A DNA stretch of 64,000 bases, taken from positions 17,261-81,260 of IMG/VR virus record IMGVR_UViG_2932604667_000002; one strand, written 5' to 3'. A program made the position numbers and the translations under genes. Under the pieces are notes generated by a model. It was not told the origin of the DNA. It was given only the letters and a program-made list of their open reading frames with translations, and searched no databases. The DNA is from a virus (Duplodnaviria > Heunggongvirae > Uroviricota > Caudoviricetes). Below are positions 62,090 to 64,000 of this stretch, piece by piece. Each line of letters opens with the position of its first letter. Position 1 is the first letter of the stretch.

Positions 62090-62108
62090 AGGGTACTAAA
62101 TACCCGTA
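62090..62108 (+). promoter_or_regulatory. promoter core in + orientation upstream of 62232 gene
   Basis: GGGTACTAAATACCCGTAC on + strand. Confidence 0.35.
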
Positions 62109-62231
62109 CTTTTGGCAGCAGTCGGGGATGCATGGCAGGGCACGAACGGCTTACGCTTGGGCGCGTGAGGACGAGCGATCCTCACGCTTGCGCGGGCATC
62201 CCGGCCCGCCATCACACAGGAGCCCATCACC

Positions 62232-63251
62232 ATGACTGTCCATACGCCCAGTTCAGACGCGCCTGCCGGACGTCCGAAGAGGCGCCCCCGCTTCCCCACG
62301 ATCGAGCCGGTGACCAGCCCCACGGCCGAGGACCTCGCCACGATTGACGCGCTGCTCGCGCTGAACGAGCAGGAGTACGCCGATCGAGTGTGGGACTACG
62401 TGTTCAACCCCGACCGCGCCGGCAACCGCGTGTTCGGCGCCCCGGCGCTCGCGCAGCACACCCTCATCGCGCTCGCCCAGTTGATCGACCGGGAGAACCA
62501 GGCGATCAACACCGCCCGGGGCAAGCCGGCGACCGACCGGCACTACCGGTGCCGTACCCGGCTGAGGGGATACCGCAAGCAGCTCCAGTCCCGGCTGATC
62601 ACCTCCACCAGCCGCCGCCGCGCCGAGCGCATCCTCGGCCACATCATGTACGAGGACGTCGCCGCGGTGGAGCACGCCCTGCGCGCCGGCGAGAGCGACC
62701 AGGCCGCCGAACTCGCCGTCTGCTGCCGCCTCGCCCGGCCGGTCCCCGCCCCGCCGGTGCCAGCCGACGCTGGCCAGCCCGATGCCGAGGAGTTGACGGC
62801 TGCCGATGCGCGGGAGATCGACGTCCTGGTCGAGATGGACGACGAGGAGTTCACCAGCGTCCTGACCGGCTGGGTGTTCGCGCCAGACCGGTCCGGCAAC
62901 CGCGTGTTCACCTCGCCCGCACTGGTGAACCGCACCTACACCACCCTCATGCACCTGATCAAGGTCGAGAATCACGCCATCGCGTCATCCCGCAGCCTCA
63001 AGTCGAGGGAGCGGCACGAGCGGCGCCGTACCCGTCTGGCCGCCTACCTCAAGCAGGTCCAGGCCGCGCTGCCGGCCGAGCTCACCGTGCGCCGGCGTGC
63101 CGAGCAGATCATCGCGCGGGTCATGGCCGACACTCTGGCGGAGCTCATCCAGGATCTGGAGGCGGGGAAGACGGCGGCTCAGGCCGAACGGGCGGCACGT
63201 CAGCGGCTCGGGCTGCCCTTCAAGCCCGCGCCGAAGCGGGGCCGGAAATGA
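62232..63251 (+). CDS. protein with internal ~150-aa duplication (339 aa)
   Basis: repeat 1 WDYVFNPDRAGNRVFGAPALAQHTLIALAQLIDRENQAIN / repeat 2 WVFAPDRSGNRVFTSPALVNRTYTTLMHLIKVENHAIA; AGGAG SD. Confidence 0.55.
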   Translation: MTVHTPSSDAPAGRPKRRPRFPTIEPVTSPTAEDLATIDALLALNEQEYADRVWDYVFNPDRAGNRVFGAPALAQHTLIALAQLIDRENQAINTARGKPATDRHYRCRTRLRGYRKQLQSRLITSTSRRRAERILGHIMYEDVAAVEHALRAGESDQAAELAVCCRLARPVPAPPVPADAGQPDAEELTAADAREIDVLVEMDDEEFTSVLTGWVFAPDRSGNRVFTSPALVNRTYTTLMHLIKVENHAIASSRSLKSRERHERRRTRLAAYLKQVQAALPAELTVRRRAEQIIARVMADTLAELIQDLEAGKTAAQAERAARQRLGLPFKPAPKRGRK

Positions 63252-63465
63252 AGAACCACCCCTAACCGGCCTGTTCGGGACTATCGCTAGTCCAGGCCGA
63301 TGTGCTCTGGCAGCAGGTCGGCCAGGGTCATCGCAGAGAGCGAATCCGCCTTAGCCTCGCCGTTGATAGCGACCCGCCCAGGAGACCCGGCGAGCCCGCC
63401 TCTCGAACCCACTGCGAGGGGGTGGTTGCGGCACCCATGCTAGACCATGGTTGGGGAGCCGCAAA

Positions 63466-63675
63466 TCACCCATCTCGCGGGGTGTGTTTGGCCAGCCAGC
63501 CCGCGACGAACGCGCACACCGGCGGCGTCACCACCGTCACCAGCATCTGGAGCGGCTCTGGTACGGCGCCATGGAGCACGTACTCCTGCAACAGCCACAC
63601 GATCACCCCGGCAACTGCGGCAGCGCTGGTCGAGGCTTTGACCTTCACCTCGACCGGCTGCTTCCGATCGTTCAC
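63466..63675 (-). CDS. small membrane protein (69 aa)
   Basis: two hydrophobic segments. Confidence 0.45.
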   Translation of the reverse strand: MNDRKQPVEVKVKASTSAAAVAGVIVWLLQEYVLHGAVPEPLQMLVTVVTPPVCAFVAGWLAKHTPRDG

Positions 63676-63678
63676 GGT

Positions 63679-64000
63679 CTACCGTCCCTCCCCCGCCTGC
63701 GGAGTGATCCCGGCCGAGATGAGCTGCCGTCGCAGCGTGCCGACCGTCCGCTCCAGCGTCGAGATCTGCCCCTGCAACGCCCGCACCTGATCACGCATCG
63801 TGTTGGAGGCGTCCTGCTCTTGGGCCAACTGGGCGGACAATCTGTCAGCCTGGGCCTGGACCCGATCCAATTGCTTCTCTAGCTGGGCCAGGGCGTCCTC
63901 GTAGATCTGCCGCGCCCTCGCGAACGCCTCGGCGTCGACCTTCGTCCGCTCCAACTCGGCCTGCCGCTCGGCCGCCGTGACCGCGGTTTCCTGCGTCCGC
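63679..64000 (-). CDS. coiled-coil protein (3' part; likely extends beyond window end)
   Basis: heptad-like LAQLEKQLDRVQAQADRLSAQLAQEQ; listed start is TTG, frame stays open to 64000. Confidence 0.4.
   Translation of the reverse strand, partial: RTQETAVTAAERQAELERTKVDAEAFARARQIYEDALAQLEKQLDRVQAQADRLSAQLAQEQDASNTMRDQVRALQGQISTLERTVGTLRRQLISAGITPQAGEGR

Noticed and set aside
1-64000. tRNA, rRNA, integrase, terminase, capsid or tail genes, att core
   Set aside because: Found no cloverleaf-capable sequences and no proteins with recombinase, terminase or structural signatures; whether this is a phage or a plasmid-like element cannot be settled from this window.

Overview
This 64-kb window is high-GC (about 70%) actinomycete-type DNA, Streptomyces-like, and reads as one mobile element. 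I found no rRNA, tRNA, CRISPR array, integrase or phage structural genes in it. It has three blocks. (1) 1-40.5 kb: about 87 small, tightly packed minus-strand genes, many overlapping by ATGA/GTGA. Most encode hypothetical, zinc-ribbon or membrane proteins. Embedded in this block is a 7-deazaguanine (preQ0) DNA-modification cluster: folE-queE-queD-queC, two DpdA-like transglycosylase paralogs, a ParB-like DpdB-type gene, a PAPS-reductase-like PP-loop protein and a C5-cytosine methyltransferase. (2) 40.9-52.5 kb: a plus-strand conjugative-plasmid-like module. It carries parA plus a partner gene, a divergent HutC/GntR KorA-like repressor, Spd-like membrane proteins, an FtsK/SpoIIIE TraB-like translocase and an adjacent 8-mer repeat array that looks like a clt site. 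(3) 52.5-64 kb: a minus-strand replication/recombination block. It has an HNH endonuclease, a DnaC/IstB-like helicase loader, a replication initiator with iterons inside its gene, a Cas4/RecB-like exonuclease and RecT. The most striking feature is a roughly 60-bp cassette present about 27 times, at the head of nearly every minus-strand operon. It combines a sigma70-like promoter core (TTGCCA or GCGCCA, 17 bp, TACNNT inside TTAAATACCGGTAC) with a 5'-leader hairpin placed just before the Shine-Dalgarno (SD) sequence. The hairpin loop is invariant (TCGCTCT on the + strand, AGAGCGA in the transcript). The stem arms vary between copies but stay complementary. I read the window as the non-structural/accessory arm of a large temperate actinophage or phage-plasmid hybrid. 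Coordinates of starts I computed by hand may be off by 1-2 nt.
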